From an uncultured Verrucomicrobiae bacterium (GTDB lineage: Bacteria; Verrucomicrobiota; Verrucomicrobiia; Opitutales; JABDGR01), in contig CAVXVB010000009.1 of NCBI GenBank assembly GCA_963765205.1, forward strand, positions 480,001-544,000: DNA of 64,000 nt, given 5' to 3'. How positions within the stretch are numbered: the first letter of the stretch is position 1; the number at the start of each line of letters is the position of its first letter. Under the pieces are notes generated by a model, which was not told the DNA's origin, made no database searches, and worked only from the letters and a program-made list of their open reading frames with translations. The translations under genes were made by a program, and so were the position numbers. Below are positions 43,300 through 51,404 of this stretch, in pieces.

Positions 43300-43750
43300 T
43301 GCTGAATTCTGAATGCTGAATTCTGTGGGGCTAAGGGATGTTTCTACGGGTCGTTTTGGCGGAAGCGGCTAGGATCGCTTGCAGGGCATTGGCTTCGGTG
43401 ATCAGCTCGCGGAGTCGTCGGGCGGGCAAGAGGCCATGTTCGGCAATCAATTCAAACCAGTAGAGCGTCTCTTCCAACTCTTGCTGGACCGATTCAATTT
43501 TGCTGGCGAATTCGGCGGGCGAGCGGGCCCGTAAAGCTTCCCGATACTGTGCTCCGACAGAGGTGCCGGCTCTGATCATTTGCTTTCCCAAAACCTGTGC
43601 GTTCGTCCGCTTCGGCAAAGCCAGATAAACCTTCAGCACCCGCAAGGCAAACTGCTTGGTGCGTTGTTTCAAATTCTCTCCGATTGCGGAAGGCATAGTG
43701 AAATGGGGAGGGTCCGGGACTATTCAGCACTCAGAATTCAGCATTCAGCA
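43300..43750. repeat. inverted arrays of 7-nt repeats (TGCTGAA) flanking the four-helix-bundle gene
   Basis: TGCTGAA TTCTGAA TGCTGAA TTCTG (43300-43325) / TTCAGCA CTCAGAA TTCAGCA TTCAGCA (43723-43750). Confidence 0.9.
43331..43696 (-). CDS. four-helix bundle protein (23S rRNA IVS protein-like family)
   Basis: LKQRTKQFAL, LGKQMIRAGTSVGAQYREA.RARS.AEF.SK, ELEETLYWFELI. Confidence 0.92.
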   Translation of the reverse strand: MPSAIGENLKQRTKQFALRVLKVYLALPKRTNAQVLGKQMIRAGTSVGAQYREALRARSPAEFASKIESVQQELEETLYWFELIAEHGLLPARRLRELITEANALQAILAASAKTTRRNIP

Positions 43751-44740
43751 TTACGGCACCGGCAGCGTGTCAAAAATCCGCTTGATCACGTCTTCGCTCG
43801 TCAAGTCCTCGGCCTCCGCCTCATAGGTCACAATCACGCGGTGGCGCAGCACGTCCATGCCGATGGTTTTCACGTCCTGCGGGGTGACGTAGCCGCGGCC
43901 TTGCAAAAAGGCCCAGGCCTTGGCGGCCAGGGTCAACGCGATGGTCGCGCGCGGTGAGCCGCCGAAGCGCACAAAGGAGTCGAGGTCAATTTTGTATTTG
44001 CTGGGCTGGCGCGTGGCCAGGACGATGTCCACGATGTAGTCCTTGACCTTGTCATCCACGTAAAGCTGGTCAATCACCGTGCGGGCGGCCAGGATGTCCT
44101 TGGGCTGGATGATGGTGTTCACGTCCATGTTGGGCCGGGTGGTGGCCATGGCGTCCAGGATTTGCCGTTCCTCCATCCGCGAAGGATAACCGATTTTCAG
44201 CTTCAGCATGAAGCGGTCAATTTGTGCCTCAGGCAGGGTGTAGGTGCCTTCCTGGTCAATGGGATTCTCGGTGGCGAGCACGAGGAAGGGATCGGGCAGC
44301 GGGAAGGTGTGCTCGCCGATGGTGACCTGGCGTTCCTGCATGGCCTCGAGCAGCGCGCTCTGCACCTTGGCGGGCGCGCGGTTGATTTCGTCCGCCAGCA
44401 CGAGGTTGGCAAAAATCGGCCCCTTCTTGGTCAGAAATTCACCGTCGCGCGGGTTGTAGATGAGCGTGCCCAAAATGTCGGCGGGGAGCAGGTCCGGCGT
44501 GAATTGGATGCGGGCGAAGTCCGCCTGGATGACGCTGGCAAGCGTGCGCACGGACAGGGTTTTCGCCAAGCCGGGCACGCCTTCGAGCAGGACGTGGCCG
44601 TTGGCCAGCAGGCCAATCAGCAGCCGGTCCACCAGGTATTGCTGGCCAATGATGACTTTGCCAATTTCCGAGCGCAGCAGGCTGACCCAGCCCGAGCTAG
44701 CTTTGACGGATTCGTTGAGGGCGGCGAGGTTGATAGCCAT
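43751..44740 (-). CDS. moxR: MoxR-family AAA+ ATPase
   Basis: GHVLLEGVPGLAKT, RIQFTPDLLPADI, DEINRAPAKVQSALLEAM, EGTYTLPEAQIDRF. Confidence 0.96.
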   Translation of the reverse strand: MAINLAALNESVKASSGWVSLLRSEIGKVIIGQQYLVDRLLIGLLANGHVLLEGVPGLAKTLSVRTLASVIQADFARIQFTPDLLPADILGTLIYNPRDGEFLTKKGPIFANLVLADEINRAPAKVQSALLEAMQERQVTIGEHTFPLPDPFLVLATENPIDQEGTYTLPEAQIDRFMLKLKIGYPSRMEERQILDAMATTRPNMDVNTIIQPKDILAARTVIDQLYVDDKVKDYIVDIVLATRQPSKYKIDLDSFVRFGGSPRATIALTLAAKAWAFLQGRGYVTPQDVKTIGMDVLRHRVIVTYEAEAEDLTSEDVIKRIFDTLPVP

Positions 44741-44872
44741 AGGAATGAGGTTATTGAAAAACCCATCATTATGCCCAAGCCGCCCAGCCACGCCACGCTG
44801 AAAATGTAAAACATTTTTATCGGAAAGGGCGCACCGTTTTTTAACGGCATAATTACGCCCCGCCCACCGCCT

Positions 44873-45898
44873 TCACGGTTTGGGCAGACTGAGCAGGGCC
44901 TGGGTGTCGGCGCTGTCGAGGTTCGCTTTGGTCGCCAGGGCCGCGCCCGTGTCAATCACCGGCTCAACGGGCTTTTTCGCCAGGTAGTCCAGCATGACGC
45001 GAACGCCTTCGTAGCCGATTTTCTTGGGGTTTTGCAACACGAGCGCGTCAATTTCCCCAGCGCGCAGGCCGGCCACATTCGCGTCGCCGCCGTCAAATCC
45101 CACGAATTTGACCTGGCCGGCGAGGTGCGCGCCCTCGAGTGCGAGCAGCATCCCGTTCGTACTCGATTCATTGGGTGTAAATACCCCGTTCACTTGGCCT
45201 TTGTAGGTGTTGAGCAAATCCTGAGATTTTTCCTCGGCGCTTTCGCGCGAAGTACCCGCATAGTTGTCGGAGGAAATGACTTTCACCTTCGGGTGTTTGC
45301 CAATGGCGTCGAGAAACCCGGCCTCACGGTCCGCGCAACTGGCTGAACCGGGGTTGAAGCGCAGGAGGATGACATTGCCCTGGTCGCCGAGCGTACGCGC
45401 CAGCTCGTCACCGGCCATCTGACCGCCCTTGAAACTGTCGGTTCGCACAAAGGAAACGATATCTTTGTAATCAAGCGCGGAGTCACCGATGACGAGCGGG
45501 ATGCCCGCCTGGTGGGCCAGTTCGGCGGGGTTGACCAGCGCCTTGTCGTCAATCGGACACAAAATGATGCCGTCCACTTTCTGCGCGATGTAATTTTGCA
45601 TCATGGTGATTTGCGCGTCGCGGTCGCCATCCTTGGTCGGGGCGTCCCATGTCACTTCGACCGGAGTGCCGGCGGCGTTCGCGTCCTTGACCGCTTGGTC
45701 CAGCCCGGCTTTGACGAAACTCCAGTAAACGTCCTGCATGCCCTTCGCGATATACACGAGATGGATTTTTTTGGCGGCGGGTGCCGCCGAGGTGGCGGAC
45801 GAGGAAGACTGGTTGCCACCGCAGGCGGGCAAGGCCAGAGCGGCCGCACCAGCGCAGAGAAGGCCGGGCAATAAATGGCGCAAAAATCGGTATTGCAT
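44873..45898 (-). CDS. sugar ABC transporter substrate-binding lipoprotein (RbsB-like)
   Basis: Lipobox LPAC; VDGIIL.P.D, RE.GF, PNESS, VGFD, VLQNP..IGY.GV. Confidence 0.9.
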   Translation of the reverse strand: MQYRFLRHLLPGLLCAGAAALALPACGGNQSSSSATSAAPAAKKIHLVYIAKGMQDVYWSFVKAGLDQAVKDANAAGTPVEVTWDAPTKDGDRDAQITMMQNYIAQKVDGIILCPIDDKALVNPAELAHQAGIPLVIGDSALDYKDIVSFVRTDSFKGGQMAGDELARTLGDQGNVILLRFNPGSASCADREAGFLDAIGKHPKVKVISSDNYAGTSRESAEEKSQDLLNTYKGQVNGVFTPNESSTNGMLLALEGAHLAGQVKFVGFDGGDANVAGLRAGEIDALVLQNPKKIGYEGVRVMLDYLAKKPVEPVIDTGAALATKANLDSADTQALLSLPKP

Positions 45899-46030
45899 GG
45901 GAATGGGGTAATACAACAGGAGAGGTGTTCTTCTGTGTAACGATGTGGGGTGGGCAGTCAAATCAATCCGCCTAGGTAAGCAGGGTAAGGCCCCATGGCG
46001 TTTGCTCGCCATTGGGTATATGCTTTTCGG

Positions 46031-46243
46031 ATGAAGACAAAAAATATTTTTCATAAGACCAATTCATGCTGGCTGTTCGCCACTATATTACTGTTCCTGG
46101 CAGCCCTAGCCCTCAATGGCTGCATCATTGATCCCGGCGGCGACCGCGGCGGTGATCGGGGTGGCGACCACGGCGATGACCATGGCGGCCCGCCACCCGG
46201 TGATCATGGCGACGATCATAGTGGCGACCAGGGTCAACATTAA
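46031..46243 (+). CDS. small Gly/Asp/His-rich lipoprotein
   Basis: Basic N-terminus, hydrophobic core, LNGC lipobox, then GGDR/GDDH repeats. Confidence 0.7.
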   Translation: MKTKNIFHKTNSCWLFATILLFLAALALNGCIIDPGGDRGGDRGGDHGDDHGGPPPGDHGDDHSGDQGQH

Positions 46244-46298
46244 GAGAGATGCCCTTCGGGATTGCCTGCCACCCCCGGTGTGTCACGATGCAGGCGCA

Positions 46299-46892
46299 AT
46301 GTTTACCGGACTGGTCGAGGAAACCGGCTGCGTGCTGGCGCTGGCGGAAAATAAAGCCGCCTGGCGTATGCGTGTGCGCGCCCGCCGGGTGCGGCCCGGC
46401 TTGCGGGTCGGTGACAGCCTCGCGATCAATGGCTGCTGCCTGACCGTCGCGCGGCGCGCGCGCGGCGCGCTGGAATTTGATTTGCTCGAGGAAACCCTCC
46501 GCCGCACCAACTTGGGCGATCTGCGCAAAAACGCGCCGGTCAACCTCGAACGCAGCGTGGCGCGCGAGGGCCGGTTCGGCGGCCACTTCGTCACTGGGCA
46601 CATTGATTGCGCGGGCACGGTAAAGGTATTCCGGCAAGTCGGCAAAAATTATTACTTACGCATTGGTTTCCCGAAAAAATTTGGCCGTTTCATTGTGGAA
46701 AAAAGCAGCATCGCCATTGACGGCGTCTCGCTGACCATCGCCGAAGCCGGCGCAACGACCTTGGCGGTGTGGCTGATTCCCCACACGCTCAAAGTCACCA
46801 ACTTGAGCCGCCTCAAGCCCGGCGCGCGCGTGAACCTGGAATTTGATTTGTTGGCGAAATATGCGGAGAGCTTGAACGCCAAGAGGCGTTAA
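46299..46892 (+). CDS. ribE: riboflavin synthase (alpha chain)
   Basis: MFTGLVEE, GDSLAINGCCLTV, VNLER, GGHFVTGHID, IDGVSLT, IPHT, VNLEFD. Confidence 0.96.
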   Translation: MFTGLVEETGCVLALAENKAAWRMRVRARRVRPGLRVGDSLAINGCCLTVARRARGALEFDLLEETLRRTNLGDLRKNAPVNLERSVAREGRFGGHFVTGHIDCAGTVKVFRQVGKNYYLRIGFPKKFGRFIVEKSSIAIDGVSLTIAEAGATTLAVWLIPHTLKVTNLSRLKPGARVNLEFDLLAKYAESLNAKRR

Positions 46893-47044
46893 TTTGCAAT
46901 TCCCGGTTTGGTTTGCCGCTTGAGACTTCAAAATTTTCCTTAACCTTTTGGGCACCGTGGTTTTGGGCTGCGATGCTCACGGCCTCACAGCAGACGGCGG
47001 AGTTGGCTTTGTCTGAGTAGGCGAGTCTGTGATGACTATGGCAA

Positions 47045-47659
47045 TCAGATTTGTTTTAAGGACACCTTTCCACTTGCCATCAACATTAGGGCTGTAAGTT
47101 GCACGGATGTGATAAGTGCCCGGCAGATTGGCTGGATTTTTTTCGTCACCGCCAAGAGAAGTTCAATATCGGCCTCGAGATACTGAAGATCCATTCCGCC
47201 CCCCAGTGCTCGAACACGAAGGCGAACGGGCTTGGACACGCCATTCTGGTCTTCGAAAGCTTCAAAGGTCACATTGGGGATAACACGGTTAGCAGGTTGC
47301 GGCTGGGTCTGCCGACGATAATCATCAACCGTGGGAAATACAAAAGTGGTTCGGTCTTCGGTTGATAAAGTGCGAATCTCCAAGGAAAGGTGAACAACTG
47401 CGACTTCGGTGCCAACAACAACGGTTTTGGTGCCTAAATGGATAGGGGTGGAGTATGTAACTGGTTTGTCCGTGATTGGAATCCCTCCCCCTGGGCTGAC
47501 AGTGAAATACATCGTACGATCATTAACAGCGGCGCTTGCAGACGGCACAAGAATTAGCAGTAAAATGCAAAAGATCAGATAATCGCCTAGGGTGGAACCG
47601 GCCATGGCCAAAAATAGCCGTGGAAAGTGACGGGGGGACCATGAAATAGGGGTGGGCAT
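47045..47659 (-). CDS. hypothetical protein, low GC, possibly exported
   Basis: 204-aa ORF filling the ribE-rho gap; hydrophobic LIFCILLLILVPSASA segment. Confidence 0.45.
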   Translation of the reverse strand: MPTPISWSPRHFPRLFLAMAGSTLGDYLIFCILLLILVPSASAAVNDRTMYFTVSPGGGIPITDKPVTYSTPIHLGTKTVVVGTEVAVVHLSLEIRTLSTEDRTTFVFPTVDDYRRQTQPQPANRVIPNVTFEAFEDQNGVSKPVRLRVRALGGGMDLQYLEADIELLLAVTKKIQPICRALITSVQLTALMLMASGKVSLKQI

Positions 47660-47752
47660 GATGGAGCAGGGAGGAGCCGCATCTTAAGGGAGCCCGGAAG
47701 AGGGAAGATTTTAAGTCTTGTAGCAAATGTTAGCGCGAGCAAATTTCCTCTT

Positions 47753-48886
47753 TTACGACTTCAAAATCTTCCGTAAGAACTCGGCGTTGTTTTTGGTTTG
47801 GGCGAGGCGTTCGAGGAGGGTTTCGGCGGCGTCCTCGATTTTGGCGCCGACCATGGCGCGGCGCAGGAGGGTCGCGCCTTCGAGGTATTCTTTGCTGAGG
47901 AGGAGTTCCTCCTTGCGGGTGCCGGAGGAGTGGAGGTTGATGGCGGGCCAGATGCGCAGCTCGGCGGCTTTGCGGTCGAGGACCATCTCCATGTTGCCGG
48001 TGCCTTTGAATTCCTGGAAGATGATGTCGTCCATCTTCGAGCCAGTGTCAATGAGGGCGGAGGCGATGATGGTGAGGCTGCCGCCTTCCTCGGTGTTGCG
48101 GGCGGAGGAGAAGATTTGGCGGGGGCGCTCCATGGCGCGCACGTCGAGTCCGCCGGTGCCGGTTTTGCCGGTGTTGCGGAAGGCGTTGTGGGCGCGGGAG
48201 AGGCGGGTAATGGAGTCCATGAGCAGGAGGACGTCCTGGCCGGTTTCGACGAGGCGCTTGCAGCGTTCGATGGCGATGTCGGCGACGCGGACGTGGCTTT
48301 CGAGTTCCTCGTCGTTGGAGGAGGCGTAGATTTCGCAGGTGGGCAGATCGCGCTTGAAGTCGGTGACTTCCTCGGGGCGCTCGTCCACGAGGAGGACCAT
48401 GACGTGCATGTCGGTGTAATTTTCGAGGCAGCCGATGGCGATGTCCTTGAGGAGGGTGGTTTTGCCGGCGCGGGGGGGGGAGACGATGAGGCCGCGCTGG
48501 CCGCGGCCGATGGGGCAGAAGAGGTCAATGACGCGAGTGGTCATGCGGCCGTCCTTGCATTCGAGCTTGAGCTGGACGTCGGGGGTGATGGTGGTGAGCT
48601 GGGAGAAGTCGGGGAGGCGACGGCGGTCGTCAATGCTCATGCCGTCCACGCGTTCGATGAAGCGGACTTTGGGGTTTTGGAAGCGCTCGTCGTGCGCGGC
48701 CTGGGCTTCGATGAGGCTGCCGCGCTTGAGTTTGAAGCGATGGAGGAGCTCGCGCGGGAGGAACGGGTCGGTGGGGCGCGTTTTACCGTTGCGCGCGGGG
48801 TCGAGCAAGTTCGCGCACTTATTATTGTCAGGCTCGAGGATGCCCTTTACCTGGATTTGATTCCGGGCCGTGATGAGTTCGGTCAT
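47753..48886 (-). CDS. rho: transcription termination factor Rho, short form
   Basis: PIGRGQRGLIVSPPRAGKT, LVDERPEEVTD, DSITRL, ARNTEEGGSLTI, EFKGTGNME, SGTRKEELL. Confidence 0.93.
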   Translation of the reverse strand: MTELITARNQIQVKGILEPDNNKCANLLDPARNGKTRPTDPFLPRELLHRFKLKRGSLIEAQAAHDERFQNPKVRFIERVDGMSIDDRRRLPDFSQLTTITPDVQLKLECKDGRMTTRVIDLFCPIGRGQRGLIVSPPRAGKTTLLKDIAIGCLENYTDMHVMVLLVDERPEEVTDFKRDLPTCEIYASSNDEELESHVRVADIAIERCKRLVETGQDVLLLMDSITRLSRAHNAFRNTGKTGTGGLDVRAMERPRQIFSSARNTEEGGSLTIIASALIDTGSKMDDIIFQEFKGTGNMEMVLDRKAAELRIWPAINLHSSGTRKEELLLSKEYLEGATLLRRAMVGAKIEDAAETLLERLAQTKNNAEFLRKILKS

Positions 48887-49221
48887 GTGGAGGGGGCCGC
48901 GCGGCGCTAGGAGGCCGCGGGCTGGGGAGTAAATACTGGGAGGGCGCGGTGACCGCCGACAATGCGTCGGAAGGACAGGGCCGATCAACCGCAGGTGCGG
49001 CGGAACGATTCCGGGGGCGTCGAGCAGTCAGGCTAAAGCAAGGCCCCGGAATCCAAACGGGCTAAAACGTGAGCAGCACTGATGGTCTAACCCCGGCCAC
49101 GCAGGCCGGTTGCAGCGACTATTATCGCACGTTTCAGAGGGTAGGCTAGGGCAGGGCGGGGGACGGTGCAAGCCCAAAAGAAGGGGCGATATTTATCGCT
49201 TGGGTGGTATTCCCAAGGCAA

Positions 49222-49372
49222 TTCACCGCCAACTCGCCAAGAACGCAAAGAGAGTTCAACCACGGAGGACACGGAGAACACAGAGGCAGTTCCCCTCGAA
49301 ACCCGAACCAACCCCTCCGTGCCCTCTGTGTCCTCTGTGGTTAAATTCTTCGTTGCGCGTCTTGGTGGTGAA
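49222..49372. repeat. nested inverted arrays of 9-nt tandem repeats
   Basis: Inner AACCACGGAG GACACGGAG AACACAGAG / CTCCGTGCC CTCTGTGTC CTCTGTGGTT; outer TTCACCGCCAA CTCGCCAAG AACGCAAAG / ...GTCTTGGTGGTGAA. Confidence 0.85.
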
Positions 49373-49393
49373 ACGGAGCTTTAAAAACAGGCC

Positions 49394-50561
49394 CTAGTAG
49401 GCAACGCCTAGAGTGAGGATGCCGCGCCATTGGCCGGGCTGGGGCTGCGAATAAAACGTGGTGGATTCGTAGAGGATCAGAAACGACCCGCGAAAGTGAT
49501 CGAAGTCGGTAATCAACCCAGTGTAAACCTCGTTGACGATGGGTTTATGCACGACACTGACGCTGCTGGCCCAGGTATTGCCGTCGAGGGTGATGTCGCG
49601 CGCCACGGCGCGGGATTCCGCGCCAAAGCAGACATAAGCGGACAGGGAATCAAGCGACCAGCCCAACTTCGGGCCGCGGGGGAAATTAAGGGGGCGGTAA
49701 GGCTCGGTGTCCACATCACCGAGGCGCAGGCGGGCGGGGCTGAAATCCATGGGGAGGTGGTAGCCCCAGCGCACCACGGCGCCGGCGGCGGCGTAGTCCC
49801 ACCCGTTGCCGACGGTGACGAGGGCGTGGCCAATCACGTCGTAATTATACGAACCGGGGGAGGGGTCGCTTAAATTTGTGAGCCAGGCGGGGCGCCAGTC
49901 CTGGCGGTAGGTTAATTGCACCACCGGTTCGTCTTTGAGTTGGTAACTCCAGCCCTGGGGCAGGCTGTCGCCAATCGCGCCGTGAAAGCCGTCCTGCAAA
50001 TCCTGGGCGCCGGAATCGGGGCCGACCAAACCGAGATTCAGTTCGAAAATGGCGCGGCGCTCGGCGGATTGGCGGATCATGTCAGCGCCGAGGCCGGTTC
50101 CAGCCGGAATAAGGATGGTCGGTGGGGTCGGGCACGCTGTTTTGGAGGTCATTGGGCGTGTAAATGTTGATCTGGGCGTAGAGAGCGGCGGCGACGACCG
50201 AATCAGTGTCGCCGAGGCCGTTAAAGCGGTCGAAAAACGACCCCATCGACTTGGGCATCAGCGGCACGTTCTCCCAGGTGGAATAATTGGGTGTGGTGTA
50301 GGCGAGGCGCACGCCGCCGGTGTAATCGCGGTCGCTGTAGACAAACCAATCGTTCTCATGCGACAATTCCCAGATGCCGCGCGGGAACCCCGGAATGTTG
50401 TCCTGGGTGATTGGAACCGCCGAGGCGCCTGGTAGTAAAGGCGCAAAACTGGCCGCCGGCGTCAGGGTCAAGCCAGCGCTTTGGGCGCGGGCGACTGGGG
50501 TGAAAAGCAGGGTGGAGAGTGACCCGAGCAGCAGGAAGGTTGATGGCGTAAGTCGTTGCAT
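49394..50561 (-). pseudogene. LpxR-family lipid A deacylase (outer-membrane beta-barrel) with a 1-bp frameshift near 50098 (possibly a sequencing error)
   Basis: HEND..SDRDYTGG, IYTP, DHPYSGW in one frame; LGLVGP, QD.FH, QGWSYQL, VARDITLDGN in another. Confidence 0.85.
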
Positions 50562-50732
50562 TAGAATAGGTTTTAAGCAGAAGTCGAGCCAAGCCGAAGT
50601 AAGTGTCTAATTACTGCGTCGGGAAGCAAGATTATAAGGGATTATAGGGCGAGGTTTAACGATATAATAATTGTATTCCACCCGGATTTATGAGAGAATG
50701 CGTCTCTGCTCCCGTTGCGCAGACACACTCTT

Positions 50733-50927
50733 ATGGAAATCACGTTCGAGGTTATTCAACAAGTGGAAGGCAGTTATGTCGCCGCTTGCTACAGCGAAAA
50801 TATTTACACGGAAGGTTCCTCGCTGGAGGAATTGCACGAAAACATCGTTTCGGCGATTGACGTGCGTTTCCATGGCCGCACGAAGCCGGCTGGCTCCAGC
50901 GTGCACTTGATGCTCTATCGGGAGTAG
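50733..50927 (+). CDS. small HicB-like protein
   Basis: EITFEV..EGSYVA...IYTEGSSLEELHENIVSAI pattern of the HicB N-terminal fold. Confidence 0.7.
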   Translation: MEITFEVIQQVEGSYVAACYSENIYTEGSSLEELHENIVSAIDVRFHGRTKPAGSSVHLMLYRE

Positions 50928-50971
50928 GAATTACTTGTTGGGGCAGCTGTGCAGGCATGTTTTCATTACCA

Positions 50972-51159
50972 TCAAGGCTGGGCCACATCCAAGTCTTTGC
51001 ATATCTTCCGCGCCAAACCTTCGTCCACTTCCTCTTATGGCGGGGCACCGAGGATGCTTTTCGGGCGGTCCGATTGATGTAGACGGTGTGATTCCCTCCC
51101 TCGCGCAGGAATTCACAACCGCACCGCTGAAGGTGCCGCAGCAAGTCGCGTCGTTTCAT
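50972..51159 (-). pseudogene. hicA: HicA-family toxin, frameshifted near 51032
   Basis: MKRRDLLRHL..GCEFLREGGNH...VPRH, then EVDEGLARKICKDLDVAQP-stop in another frame. Confidence 0.8.
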
Positions 51160-51380
51160 GCCACGACTTCACCCAAAGGTTGCCGGATCACCTTGCGTGC
51201 GCCCAAGGCCTCCTCGGCCAATTGCCGGTTGGCCTCGAGGACTAGGGCAATGGCTTCGCGGAGATTGGCTTTGGATTCCGCCAGGGTTGCGCTCTGGGTG
51301 TTCGCGCAGGGCAATTCCTCCACATGGCCGATATAGCCCAGCGGCACTTTTTCAAAAACAGCGGTGAGCGGTAATTTCAT
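51156..51380 (-). CDS. hicB: HicB-family antitoxin (short, no DNA-binding domain)
   Basis: LTAVFE...GYIGHVEELPCANTQSATLAE..NLREAIALVLE; ATGA overlap with hicA. Confidence 0.85.
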   Translation of the reverse strand: MKLPLTAVFEKVPLGYIGHVEELPCANTQSATLAESKANLREAIALVLEANRQLAEEALGARKVIRQPLGEVVA

Positions 51381-51404
51381 GGCCGTGATATTAGTGTTTT
51401 CGCG

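Noticed and set aside
43331..43696. Diversity-generating retroelement (Avd-like gene)
   Set aside because: No reverse transcriptase and no template/variable repeat pair seen in the window
46244..46298. FMN riboswitch upstream of ribE
   Set aside because: Only 55 bp of intergenic DNA and no RFN consensus
50629..50650. Direct repeat ATTATAAGGG ATTATAGGG between lpxR and the HicB-like gene
   Set aside because: Only two short copies in an AT-rich promoter region; cannot be separated from chance or assigned to a regulator
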